Shown: piece by piece, positions 46,961-56,081 of the stretch
Layout: the number at the start of each line of letters is the position of its first letter
Numbering within the stretch: the first letter of the stretch is position 1
DNA from: Vulcanimicrobiota bacterium
Lineage (GTDB): Bacteria > Vulcanimicrobiota > Vulcanimicrobiia > Vulcanimicrobiales > Vulcanimicrobiaceae
Direction: 5' to 3'
Length of the DNA: 64,000 nt
Assembly: GCA_963820825.1 (NCBI GenBank)
Contig: CAWGBN010000006.1
Span: 416,001 to 480,000, forward strand
Notes under the pieces: generated by a model
Databases searched by the model: none
The model's input: only the letters and a program-made list of their open reading frames with translations
What the model was told of the DNA's origin: nothing
Position numbers and translations under genes: made by a program

Positions 46961-47325
46961 TGGATACATCAACCGATCTGACGGCGCAGCAAATCGGCTC
47001 GTATTGGGCCGTTCCCACGATCGACAGCACCGATAATTCGCAGGTGGAAATTCAGGTGAGCGTAGCGGTCACGCCCGATGACGACGCGCTTCAAGGCTCC
47101 GACGTCACCGCGTCGGCGATGTCGAACGGAACGGCGCTCGCACAACTCTCGGGCCCCGATCAATCCTCGCCACTGCCCACCGTGCAAACGCGGGCGATGA
47201 CCGCCTTCGCAATATTCACGTTCGACAATCCGCAGAACTTAGAGATTACTTCGATCGTCGTCGGCGTTCGCGACCAGACCGCAACCTTCGGATCCTCGCC
47301 CGATTCCTCGTTGCCGGTCGCGTAA
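46960..47325 (+). CDS. Small acidic hypothetical protein coupled to the IPT/TIG gene
   Basis: TAATG overlap at 46958-46962; Asp/Ser/Thr-rich with almost no basic residues. Confidence 0.65.
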   Translation: MDTSTDLTAQQIGSYWAVPTIDSTDNSQVEIQVSVAVTPDDDALQGSDVTASAMSNGTALAQLSGPDQSSPLPTVQTRAMTAFAIFTFDNPQNLEITSIVVGVRDQTATFGSSPDSSLPVA

Positions 47326-47373
47326 GGCGCGCCCGGCGCTTCGGCACTTCAATCTCTAAGAGAAAGCAGAACG

Positions 47374-47793
47374 ATGCAGCTCGAACCGTATCTTCTTTTT
47401 AGCGGCAATTGCGAAGAGGCTCTCAACTTCTATAAGGCCGCTTTTGGCGGCGAGATTGAGGGGCTTTCACGCTGGAGCGAAATGCCGAAGGATTCCGGTG
47501 GCCCAGCGGTCACCCCGGAGACCGCGAACCGGGTCATGCACGCGAGCTTCAAGTCCCCCGGCGTCTCGTTCATGGCGTCGGACGCCACCCCGGGCAAGAA
47601 CTACGGCGAAGGGCCGATCTCGCTCTCCGTTGCCACGTCGGATCTCGCGGAGGCAGAGCGCGTCTTCAACCACCTCGCTGCCGGCGGAACGGTCGAGATG
47701 CCGATGACCGATATGTTCTGGGGCGCGAAGTTCGGAATGCTCACCGACAAATTTGGAATCGACTGGATGGTGAGCTGCCGCACCTCACAGTAA
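47374..47793 (+). CDS. VOC family protein (PhnB/YjdN-like)
   Basis: PYLLFSGNCEEALNFY, VMHA, FWGAKFGMLTDKFGIDW. Confidence 0.9.
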   Translation: MQLEPYLLFSGNCEEALNFYKAAFGGEIEGLSRWSEMPKDSGGPAVTPETANRVMHASFKSPGVSFMASDATPGKNYGEGPISLSVATSDLAEAERVFNHLAAGGTVEMPMTDMFWGAKFGMLTDKFGIDWMVSCRTSQ

Positions 47794-47800
47794 GGCTTTT

Positions 47801-49234
47801 ATGCTTTGGCGCCTCGTCTCGTTGGCGGTCGCGAGCGGCATCCTGGCTTCGATGTCCGTGGCGGCACGCGCCGCAGACTGGCCGGTCTTCGGGTTCGATC
47901 CGGCGCGCAGCAGCTTCAATTCCGCCGAACGGTCGCTCACGGTCCGAAACGTGCACAGACTGCGGGAGCGATGGCAGATCCCGCTCGGGGACAAAGCCGA
48001 TACCGAGCCGATTCTGCTGCAACGCGTTCGCGTCGGACGGCGCTATCGCTCGATGCTCTACGAGACGCTACGCAACGGAACGACGCTCGGCATCGAAGCG
48101 AGGAGCGGCCACATCGTCTGGCGGTTCGTAACGAAGGGGCCGCAGTACACGCACTCGGCGCCGGTGGCCGATCTTTCCGGAAAGGCTATCTACGTACCGG
48201 GCATCGATGGAAAGGTTCACAGACTCAACCCTTCCAACGGTCACGAGATTCACGGACTCGGTTTTCCGGCAGAGATTACGCTCATGCCCGATACCGAGGC
48301 GACCGAATCGCCGCTCAACCTCGCCAACGGTTACCTGTACGCGACGATCTCGGGCTACGACGGCGATCGCGCGCCGTATGACGGGCACATCGTTGCGATC
48401 GACTTGAGCACTGGAAAGACGTCTGTCTTCAACTCGCTCTGCAGCAACAAGCACGTCCTTCTCGGGGGAAGCGGCTGCGTCGAGCAACGCTCGGGAATTT
48501 GGGGGCGCGGCGGCGCCGTCGTCGATCCGTCTTCGTATTTGAACGGACGCGTCTACGCCGCGACCGGCAATGGCGATTTCGATGCCAACCAAGGCGGCAC
48601 CGATTACGGCGATTCCGTGGTCTCGGTGAGCGCCGATCTCTTGCAGTTCTACGGGAACTACACGCCGACGAATTACGGCCAGCTGGAGAGAGGCGACGTC
48701 GATCTCGGAAGCACCTCACCGGCGATGTTGCCCGACCAGACGTCGAGCCAGACGCCGTGGATGCTCGTGCAAGGCGGGAAAGATGCGGTTTTAAAGCTCG
48801 TGAATCGCGCCGCGCTGCCCGGCGTCGGTAACGAGCTGCAGCTCATCGACTTGCCGGGAGCGCTCTTCGCCAACCCCGCCGTTTGGACCGATCGCTCCGG
48901 CGCGGCGTGGGTCTTTCTCGTCTTCCCCAACGTGGTGCAAGCCTATCGCCTCGAAACGCAGTCCGGACAGAGCCGCCTCGTCGGCATCTGGAACGCCAGC
49001 CCCGGCGAGACCGGCAAGGAAGGCGCGACGGCGGCCGTTGCCAACGGCATCGTCTTCGTCGCCTACGACGGCGCGATCTTTGCGCTCAACGCCATGAACG
49101 GTAACGTGCTCTGGGATAGCGCGATGTACGGCAAGACGATCGGAAGCGTCCACTGGGCGAGCCCCATCGTCGTTAACGGCTCGGTCTACTGTTCCGATGC
49201 CGATGGGAATTTGACCGCGTTTTCGCTGCCCTGA
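47801..49234 (+). CDS. Secreted PQQ-binding-like beta-propeller protein
   Basis: Signal peptide, DWPVFGFDPARS, SGIWGRGG, DVDLGS, ALNAMNGNVLW. Confidence 0.75.
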   Translation: MLWRLVSLAVASGILASMSVAARAADWPVFGFDPARSSFNSAERSLTVRNVHRLRERWQIPLGDKADTEPILLQRVRVGRRYRSMLYETLRNGTTLGIEARSGHIVWRFVTKGPQYTHSAPVADLSGKAIYVPGIDGKVHRLNPSNGHEIHGLGFPAEITLMPDTEATESPLNLANGYLYATISGYDGDRAPYDGHIVAIDLSTGKTSVFNSLCSNKHVLLGGSGCVEQRSGIWGRGGAVVDPSSYLNGRVYAATGNGDFDANQGGTDYGDSVVSVSADLLQFYGNYTPTNYGQLERGDVDLGSTSPAMLPDQTSSQTPWMLVQGGKDAVLKLVNRAALPGVGNELQLIDLPGALFANPAVWTDRSGAAWVFLVFPNVVQAYRLETQSGQSRLVGIWNASPGETGKEGATAAVANGIVFVAYDGAIFALNAMNGNVLWDSAMYGKTIGSVHWASPIVVNGSVYCSDADGNLTAFSLP

Positions 49235-49372
49235 CTCCCGTCTACGTCAACGGCGTGCCCGCCGCGATCAAAGAGTATTCGTACCCGGATGGCAAAACGC
49301 GCCGCCGGCTTTGGCGCTTCCGATCTACTGCGCGCGCGTTCATCCAAAGGTCGTCGTGGGGCGGTTGCGCTC

Positions 49373-50470
49373 CTACTGCGCGATGAGCCGCACGCGTCCG
49401 ATTCGGTTGCCGGCCCCTTCGGTGAACCACAGCGTGCCGCGCGGACCAGCCGATATGCCGAGCGGACCGCCGTTCGCACTTAAACCCTTTGAGAACTCAG
49501 TGACACTGCCGTCGGTCGTGATTCGCGCGATCTTGTTGGTTGACGTTTCCGTGAACCACAAGTTTCCGTCCGGACCGGCCGAAATTCCATAGAGATTATA
49601 GTTGCAGCCGCAGTTGCTTATACCCGAGGAGAACTCGGTGATCGTGCCGGCCTTGGTGATCCTGCCGATCCGAGCGGTTTGACCGCTTTCGGTAAACCAT
49701 ACATTCCCATCCGGACCAGTCGCAATGCCTTGCGGATACGCGCCGTAGCTTAAGCCCGATTTGAATATGGTGAAGGCGCCGTCGTTGGCGGCCATCTTGC
49801 CGATCGAATTGCCGGCGTTGGCTTCAGCGAACCACAAGTTGTGCTCCCAACCAAACACGATGTTTTGCGGGTTGCTGTTGTAGGCGGTCGGGATCGAATA
49901 CTGCTTGATGATCTTACCGGCGGTGGTGATTTCGCCGATCTTGATGCCGTTGGGGGATTCGCCGACCTCCGTAAACCAGAGTCTATTCCTTCCCGCCGTG
50001 ATACCGTTTGGCGAACTGTTCGGACTCAGGCCGTTCGAGAATTCGGTGATCGTGCCGCCGGTCGTGATCCGGCCGATCCGATTGCCCGACCCTTCCGTGA
50101 ACCACAGATTGCCATCCGGACCAGCCGTGACGTTCACCGGGAAACTGTTGGCGTGAGGTAAGGCGAACTCGGTGATCTTACCGCTGTACGTAATCCGACC
50201 GATTCGATTGCCGTTACCTTCCGTGAACCACATGTTGCCGTCCGGGCCAGCGGTGATCCCGTACGACAGACTGTTTCCTTTCGGCAACGCGAACTCGCGG
50301 ATGAGCACGCGGTCGATGCTGGCAGGCCGCACCGCGAGTGGTCCCGTTTGTCGCACCGCGTCGGTCGAAGTCAAATTCGTCGGAGTCAGATTCGAGTGGA
50401 AGGTGCCGGAACAGCCGGCTAACGTGGCCACAGCAAAAGCGGCAGTTGCCGCACATATTGGTGAGTTCAT
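49373..50470 (-). CDS. Vgb-like beta-propeller repeat lipoprotein
   Basis: LAGC lipobox; repeats GITAGPDGNLWFTE..GNRIGRIT. Confidence 0.8.
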   Translation of the reverse strand: MNSPICAATAAFAVATLAGCSGTFHSNLTPTNLTSTDAVRQTGPLAVRPASIDRVLIREFALPKGNSLSYGITAGPDGNMWFTEGNGNRIGRITYSGKITEFALPHANSFPVNVTAGPDGNLWFTEGSGNRIGRITTGGTITEFSNGLSPNSSPNGITAGRNRLWFTEVGESPNGIKIGEITTAGKIIKQYSIPTAYNSNPQNIVFGWEHNLWFAEANAGNSIGKMAANDGAFTIFKSGLSYGAYPQGIATGPDGNVWFTESGQTARIGRITKAGTITEFSSGISNCGCNYNLYGISAGPDGNLWFTETSTNKIARITTDGSVTEFSKGLSANGGPLGISAGPRGTLWFTEGAGNRIGRVRLIAQ

Positions 50471-50983
50471 GATACCTCAATCTAGCGGGATTGCTGGGAG
50501 TCGCTTCAGTCGCTCCCGGACAGATATGCGCCCGGGACGCATCGTCCGAAGTACCGGTCGCGCCCGAAGCCTAACACCACCCCAAGTGGAGCCATGTATC
50601 AATGATGGCGCTGCGGCGCCATCGGCGGAACGGACACTTGGACAACCGACTTGGACAAGTAGAAGGCTTTTGGACGAGGAGAGTGCCGAGGCGTGGAGTC
50701 GAGGGCTAAGGCTCTAGAGCGCTCGGACTCGACCGGCCTCATTACGCCGGCACCCCCTCCGAAGAAGGCCGAGCCTCGCCCCATGGCTCCGCGGCCACTC
50801 CAGTTCGAGCGCCTGAATGACTCAACGCGCGACGTTGGCGCCGTGAAGGTCGCTCATTGCGTGGATTTTGCTCTACTTATCGAGATGACGCGGCCGTCGT
50901 TTCTAAGGACCAACGGGGTCGGCCCCACCGAGAGAAAGCCCCGTATTCGCACGTCTTAGAGGGGATGCACGAGGACGCCGCAA

Positions 50984-52438
50984 TCAACGTCGATGAGGCG
51001 ATCCAGGCTGCCCTGGCAAAGCTGACTTAAACCGAGAATCGGAAAAAATCGGCAATCCGTCCGCGGTGGACGCAGTCGAACGGTAGCACTTTAACAAAAA
51101 CCTATAATGTAAGCATCTTTGAAAACTATGGGAGTGTACGGGTCTGGTGGCTCGCACGGTCTTCAAAATCGCTGAGGTCGCCGCAAGGCGACTGGTAGGT
51201 TCGATTCCTACACGCTCCCGCCAAGAAGCCTTGATTTTCTTAGGGGTTTTCGCTCGTCGAGGATGCCTCGGTTGCAGAACGGTTGCAGAAGTATTTAAGG
51301 CGAGCTTCGAAGGGACGCTTTGGACGCGCTCGACCGCCTCCGCTTGCGCGCCTTCTAGTTCGTGGGTGTAGACCGCTAGCGTCGTGCTCGGCGTCGAGTG
51401 CCGCAGGATCGCGGCGACGGTCGTAACGTCGACGCCAGCGCGCACCAGCCAAGAACCGGTTGAATGGCGGATGCCGTGAAGATTGCGCAGGGAAAGGCCC
51501 GCGCGCCTTGCGATCTTATGTACCGCGTCGTAAACGGCACCGGGCGAATACATGCCGCCTCCCGCAGGAGCGAAAACAAAGCCCTCGTCGTCATAGAACG
51601 GCCCCGCAGCGCGCTTGTCGCTCGCCTGCAGCGCGTGTTGCGCTCGGAGAGCAGCGATCGCATTTTCGGAAAGCGCGATGCGTGCGACGAGATGTGTCTT
51701 CGTATCTTTGAGCCACTTACGGCCGGGGACATAGGCCACCGAGTTTTGAATGGTGGCGTAGCGTTCTTCGAAGGCTACGTCGTCCCAACGAAGCCCAGCG
51801 AGCTCTCCGCGACGCAGGCCCGTTTCGAAAGCGAATACGACCATCGGCCCGTAGCGCGTCTTCGACGCTTCGCTGATAAGCCGCCCTGCCTCGGCCCGCT
51901 CATAGTGGCGTGTGGGCTTCTTGCCGACTTGCGGCGCGGAGGCGCGTCGACGGCGAGAGCGTGCGACGGCAGCCACATTGCGCGCGATGAGTTCATGCTC
52001 GACGCCCCACGCTAAGAGCGCAGAAACGAGTGCAAGCGTGTTGCGAACGGATCGCGGCGACAATGGGCCGGCCCCGCCGCTCCAACCTTTGCTGACCAGG
52101 TCCGTGCGCAGTTGCGCTAGGTGAAGCGGCTTCAGCTTCGCGAGCTTGATTGTGGCGATTGTCTCGCAACGGCGAAACGTTTCGCGGTATCCGCGCAGAG
52201 TCGTCTCGGATAGTCCATCCGCTGTGGCCTCGGCCATGTACGCGGCAAAAACCTCGGCGAGCGTAAGCGTCTTAGCCACAAGGTCCGTTCCGCGATCGCG
52301 CGCCGTTAGTGCTTCACGTTCGGCCTTCTCGGCCTCTTTCCGCGTGGAGAAGGTGCCCAGGCTACGCCTCTCTACTGAGCCTTCGGCCCTGGCGAGGACG
52401 ACGGTATAGCGCCCACTCTTGCGCTTGTAGATGCTCAT
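50984..52438 (-). CDS. Tyrosine recombinase/integrase; ORF continues antisense through selC
   Basis: Arm-binding-like N-terminus MSIYKRKSGRY; catalytic TGLRRGEL, HGIRH, LRHS, TLAVY. Confidence 0.92.
   Translation of the reverse strand: MSIYKRKSGRYTVVLARAEGSVERRSLGTFSTRKEAEKAEREALTARDRGTDLVAKTLTLAEVFAAYMAEATADGLSETTLRGYRETFRRCETIATIKLAKLKPLHLAQLRTDLVSKGWSGGAGPLSPRSVRNTLALVSALLAWGVEHELIARNVAAVARSRRRRASAPQVGKKPTRHYERAEAGRLISEASKTRYGPMVVFAFETGLRRGELAGLRWDDVAFEERYATIQNSVAYVPGRKWLKDTKTHLVARIALSENAIAALRAQHALQASDKRAAGPFYDDEGFVFAPAGGGMYSPGAVYDAVHKIARRAGLSLRNLHGIRHSTGSWLVRAGVDVTTVAAILRHSTPSTTLAVYTHELEGAQAEAVERVQSVPSKLALNTSATVLQPRHPRRAKTPKKIKASWRERVGIEPTSRLAATSAILKTVRATRPVHSHSFQRCLHYRFLLKCYRSTASTADGLPIFSDSRFKSALPGQPGSPHRR
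51130..51223 (+). tRNA. selC: tRNA-Sec (anticodon UCA)
   Basis: 8-bp acceptor stem GGGAGTGT/ACGCTCCC plus GCCA; 6-bp D stem CGGGTC-TGGT-GGCTCG; loop CTTCAAA; long variable arm GTCGCC-GCAA-GGCGAC; T arm GTAGG-TTCGATT-CCTAC. selA and selB are in the same window. Confidence 0.93.
51269..51290 (+). repeat. Tandem 11-bp direct repeat, candidate integrase arm-type sites
   Basis: CGGTTGCAGAA twice, 46 bp downstream of the tRNA CCA, after an AT-rich CCTTGATTTTCTTAGGGG stretch. Confidence 0.6.
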
Positions 52439-52487
52439 TCAGGGGCCCCGCTGGACAGTAACTGAACAGAAAAAAGAACACCTGCGC

Positions 52488-53144
52488 TCATTCAGGGCCC
52501 TCCGCTTTGAGGATACGAGAAACGGTCATGCTGCTGGCACCGACCTCTGCGGCGATCGCACGAAGGGTTAGTCCACGCTCGCGCGCGTTGAGGATTGACT
52601 CTCGGATTGCATCGCGGTTCTCCTTGCCGCGTTCCCTCATCGTCGCGGCGCCGTTGCGTGATCCGCGCGCGCGGCCGTCGTCGGTCAGGTTCTGCGGGTT
52701 GCCGAGCTTCTTGCCGCGCGCCTTTGCCTGTGCCAGAGCGGCCTTCGTCCGCTCGCTGATCTTAAGCGCCTCGTTCTCCGCGAAGGTCGCCCGGACGTGT
52801 AACATCATCGCGTCATCGTCCGGCGCGTCGACGCAGGCGAACGCGACGCGCTGTTTGATTAGGCCCGAGACGAAGTGAACGTCGCGCGAGAGACGGTCTA
52901 GCTTGGCGATGACGACGACACCGCGGATGCGGCGAGCCTTGGCGAATGCTTTCGCAAGCTCGGTGCGATCGGTGCGCTTACCCGATTCGACCTCGGTAAA
53001 CGACGAGTCGAGCGTCAGACCGCGCATCGCACAGAACGCCTCGACGGCTGCCTGCTGCGCGTCGAGCCCGAGCCCGCTGTGCCCTTGCTTTTGGGTGCTA
53101 ACTCGGTAGTAGGCGACTGCGATCGGGCGGTCAAAGTTCATCAT
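52488..53144 (-). CDS. Small serine recombinase (resolvase/invertase family) with C-terminal HTH
   Basis: AYYRVSTQKQ catalytic Ser, ESG, KLDRLSR, ISERTKAALAQAKARGKKLG, TLRAIAAEVG. Confidence 0.92.
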   Translation of the reverse strand: MMNFDRPIAVAYYRVSTQKQGHSGLGLDAQQAAVEAFCAMRGLTLDSSFTEVESGKRTDRTELAKAFAKARRIRGVVVIAKLDRLSRDVHFVSGLIKQRVAFACVDAPDDDAMMLHVRATFAENEALKISERTKAALAQAKARGKKLGNPQNLTDDGRARGSRNGAATMRERGKENRDAIRESILNARERGLTLRAIAAEVGASSMTVSRILKAEGPE

Positions 53145-53151
53145 GCACATA

Positions 53152-53193
53152 TTGTACCATAACCTTAGACGTTCGTTCAAGGTATTGGGACAA
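53152..53193 (-). promoter_or_regulatory. res-like inverted repeat overlapping the resolvase promoter
   Basis: TTGTACCATAACCTT-N12-AAGGTATTGGGACAA (12/15 arm match). The minus strand has TTGAAC-N18-TACAAT with extended TG, ending 6 nt before the ATG. Confidence 0.65.
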
Positions 53194-53210
53194 GCCACTA
53201 GAAACCGGTA

Positions 53211-53780
53211 TCATCGCCCCCCACCCTTGTTCCGTCCGGGTTTCGTCCGGGTTGTTACTCGTCGCTCCGTCGCCGTGATGGATCGCTCGACCGCCTCCTG
53301 CTCGACCGAGGCAGTCGTAACGCCCCGGTCGCTGCCGTCGGAGGCGTCGTAGTAGTGCAGCAGCTTCATGCAGGCGTCGAGTCTCGTGCGATAGTCGGGC
53401 CAGGAATCGCCATATGGTCCGCCCGGCTTCTCAGCGCCCAACGCGATCGTCACGAGCTGTTCAAGCACGGCGCTCAGGAGGGGCTTCTGCTTCACATACA
53501 TGAGACGGAGTTCGGCGGCAATCCGCGCGCGGACGGTCGGCGCCGCGAGCGATTCTGCGATCGTAGAAGGAGCACGCCCCTCGGCCTGCGCTATCTCACG
53601 GATGCTCTTGCCCTGAACGCGCGCGATGGCACGCCGCTCCTGCGTAGGGCTGAGGCTTTCACGCCGAGCTAGTTCCGCTTTGAGGATGGATCGCACGGCG
53701 CCGTAAACCTCGGGCGAGTCGAGGACCTCGGAAACTCTAATCCGGGCCTTCAGGTCATCCACTGCAGGCTTCTCGCTCAT
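53211..53780 (-). CDS. HTH protein, terminase small subunit-like
   Basis: GKSIREIAQAEG HTH then a helical region with PDYRTRLDACMKLL. ATGA-coupled to the primase. Confidence 0.5.
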   Translation of the reverse strand: MSEKPAVDDLKARIRVSEVLDSPEVYGAVRSILKAELARRESLSPTQERRAIARVQGKSIREIAQAEGRAPSTIAESLAAPTVRARIAAELRLMYVKQKPLLSAVLEQLVTIALGAEKPGGPYGDSWPDYRTRLDACMKLLHYYDASDGSDRGVTTASVEQEAVERSITATERRVTTRTKPGRNKGGGR

Positions 53781-55810
53781 GCCGCATCCTCGGAACAGGT
53801 GCGGCACACGAAGGTCCCGTCGGCACAATCGAAGCCTAACGCGATGGTCTTACATTTGCGGCAGACCTTTCCGCGATACGAGAGCGGCCCCGTTCGCGCC
53901 GCATTCGTGCCATTCGTGCCAGGTGTTTCATCGCGGCGCGAATGGCGCGAATGGTCCTCACCTGCCGCGATTGTCATCTCTTGAGAAGGCGGATGCCATA
54001 CTGAGCCACTGCCGAAGCCGCGCCGTTCGATCCTGACGCCGAGCCGCCGCGCAGCGCGCTGGAGCGTTCGCTTCGAGATGCGCTGTTTGTCTGCTACGCC
54101 AAAGAGCTCACTCGCCGGCATCGGTTCGCGTAGCATCGAGTAGAGAAACTCCTCGGCGACGGTCCGGTCGTCCCCATCGTCGCGCTGTGCTACGGCCTCG
54201 TCGGCGCTAATCTCGACGCGCTGGCCCCATACCGCGCGACCTACCGGGTGTGCGAAGCACGGAATCGCGGCCTCCGCGATCGTGAAGGCGTAACTGTCGC
54301 CTATAGGTCCCACGTTGTTGCCAGCGTGGGCGAAGATACGCCGCGTCGCGTCGTCTGGGTCGAGCGCGACGCTTAACGTAGAGCGTCCGAGAGCCCCGAA
54401 TCCGACCGAGCCGATGCCCTTGTCCAGTGCCGAACCGGTCGCCTTTCGAACGTGCCGCACGATGAGTGCTCCCACGTTGAGCTTGCGAGCCATCGCGATG
54501 AACGGGACCATCTTCTCGTATGCCTCGGTGTAGCTCGTTGCATCCTTCACGCCGAGAATGCCAAACGTTCCATCCACGAACACGAGCGAGACGCCTTGCC
54601 CGGTTAGGCTCGATTCGATAGCCGGAAGGTCCGCAAGGAAAGAAACCTGACGCCCCTCGCCGTTCTCCGTTGCGTGGATGAAAGAAACTCGCTTGAGGTC
54701 CGCACCGGCTGCGATGAGACGCGGGACAAGCGTTCGCGCCGGATCGTCCTCGCAGGTGATGATGGCGACGCTCGCGCACTCGATTGGCTCGCCGTTGACA
54801 AACGGCGCCCCCGTCGTGATCCGAGCGATAATGTCGAGCGCCAGCATCGTTTTTCCCGTTTTCGTGACGCCCTCAAGCCATGTCGCTTCGCCGCGCGGGA
54901 TGTACGGCCGAACGATGTAGTCCGTCTCTACCGGCGCGATCGTATCGGCGGCGACGAGCCGCACGACACGGCCGCGTTTCTCTCTGTCGAATCTCGGCGC
55001 GCTTTCGATTGCCTTCGCGAGTACCTCGGCACCGTCGCGCTTGAGAAGGTCGCTCGCGTCGAATCCGTCATCGCGATTCGGATCGAGGTCGAGGGCCCGA
55101 ACGTCGTCGCAGATTGTCGAGAGAAGCGCCGCGCGCTGGTTTGCGGCCTTGCGCCCTGGTGCGTCGCAATCGGCGATAACGACGATTTTTCGGGCGCCAG
55201 TGAAGTGTGCGCACCATTCTTGGGGCCACTTGAAACTCGAGCCGCCGGAGTTCGTCGTCGCTGCGTAGCCCTGGTTGACGAGATTCCAAACGTCTTTCTC
55301 GCCCTCTACTACGACGATCGTCTTACCGTCAGCGATAGCCGTGCGAAGTTCCGGCAACCGATACGGTACGTGCGGAACGCCGTGGAGGTTTGGAGCACCG
55401 TCGGCGCGACGTTGTTTAAACACCTTACCGGCGGCCCGCTCGACGATGTAGAGTAGCTTACCGCTCTCGTCGCGGTATTGGTATGTTTCCGTCTCGGCCG
55501 AGTCGGTAGGTACTGTGCGTAGAGGCTGTCGTGAACCTCGCTCTGGTCGCTTGTCAATGAGCCAGGTTAGAGCCTCGGCCTCGTTCCGGGCGCTGCTAGA
55601 GTGAATGACGAGCGCGATGCTGCGCCCGCCGACACCGCAGGGATCGCAATGCCAAACGTCTTTGTCAACGTTCACGCGTAATGACGGATGCCGGTCTGCG
55701 TGCGCTGGATTCACGCAAGGCAGAACTGTGTCTCGCCCCAGGCGCTTACCTTCGGCACCGGGGCGTAGGAGCCGATACGTTTCGAGGACGCTAGGAAGGG
55801 CGTCGCCCAT
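53777..55810 (-). CDS. Primase-helicase (zinc finger + Toprim + AAA_25/RepA-like ATPase)
   Basis: CVNPAHADRHPS...WHCDPCG, VVEGEKD, IADCDAPG, GFDASD, Walker A GVTKTGKT, EDD, LVFVD. Confidence 0.85.
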   Translation of the reverse strand: MGDALPSVLETYRLLRPGAEGKRLGRDTVLPCVNPAHADRHPSLRVNVDKDVWHCDPCGVGGRSIALVIHSSSARNEAEALTWLIDKRPERGSRQPLRTVPTDSAETETYQYRDESGKLLYIVERAAGKVFKQRRADGAPNLHGVPHVPYRLPELRTAIADGKTIVVVEGEKDVWNLVNQGYAATTNSGGSSFKWPQEWCAHFTGARKIVVIADCDAPGRKAANQRAALLSTICDDVRALDLDPNRDDGFDASDLLKRDGAEVLAKAIESAPRFDREKRGRVVRLVAADTIAPVETDYIVRPYIPRGEATWLEGVTKTGKTMLALDIIARITTGAPFVNGEPIECASVAIITCEDDPARTLVPRLIAAGADLKRVSFIHATENGEGRQVSFLADLPAIESSLTGQGVSLVFVDGTFGILGVKDATSYTEAYEKMVPFIAMARKLNVGALIVRHVRKATGSALDKGIGSVGFGALGRSTLSVALDPDDATRRIFAHAGNNVGPIGDSYAFTIAEAAIPCFAHPVGRAVWGQRVEISADEAVAQRDDGDDRTVAEEFLYSMLREPMPASELFGVADKQRISKRTLQRAARRLGVRIERRGFGSGSVWHPPSQEMTIAAGEDHSRHSRRDETPGTNGTNAARTGPLSYRGKVCRKCKTIALGFDCADGTFVCRTCSEDAA

Positions 55811-56058
55811 TAGAGGCCCTCGCGCGTCGCCAGGAAGTCCGCGATCGCCTGTAGCGTGATTAGCCGACGCCGACCGATGCGAAGCGAGCGAATTTCGCCG
55901 CTTCGGCAGAGCGTCTTCATAGTGCTAAGCGAAACGCTGCAGCGTCTCGCCCCTTCGGAGAGTGAAACCGCGCCTATGGTCGCCGCGTTACCCTGCGGCT
56001 TAGGGTGAATGGCGCTCTGTGCACCGTGGCAAATTTCCATGACCTGAGGATGCGCCAA
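55810..56058 (-). CDS. Excisionase/AlpA-like HTH protein
   Basis: SLSEGARRCSVSLSTMKTLCRSGEIRSLRIGRRRLI; TAATG-coupled to the primase. Start uncertain. Confidence 0.8.
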   Translation of the reverse strand: MAHPQVMEICHGAQSAIHPKPQGNAATIGAVSLSEGARRCSVSLSTMKTLCRSGEIRSLRIGRRRLITLQAIADFLATREGL

Positions 56059-56081
56059 GGAAACGCGCGAAAGAGGGGGGC

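Noticed and set aside
49373..50470. Streptogramin resistance gene vgb
   Set aside because: Only the generic propeller repeat is shared, and the protein is a lipoprotein; no basis for a resistance call.
51155..51175. tRNA-Sec as a pseudogene or hybrid because of an A-C mismatch at the top of the anticodon stem
   Set aside because: All other arms pair well and CCA is present. One terminal mismatch is not decisive without a covariance score.
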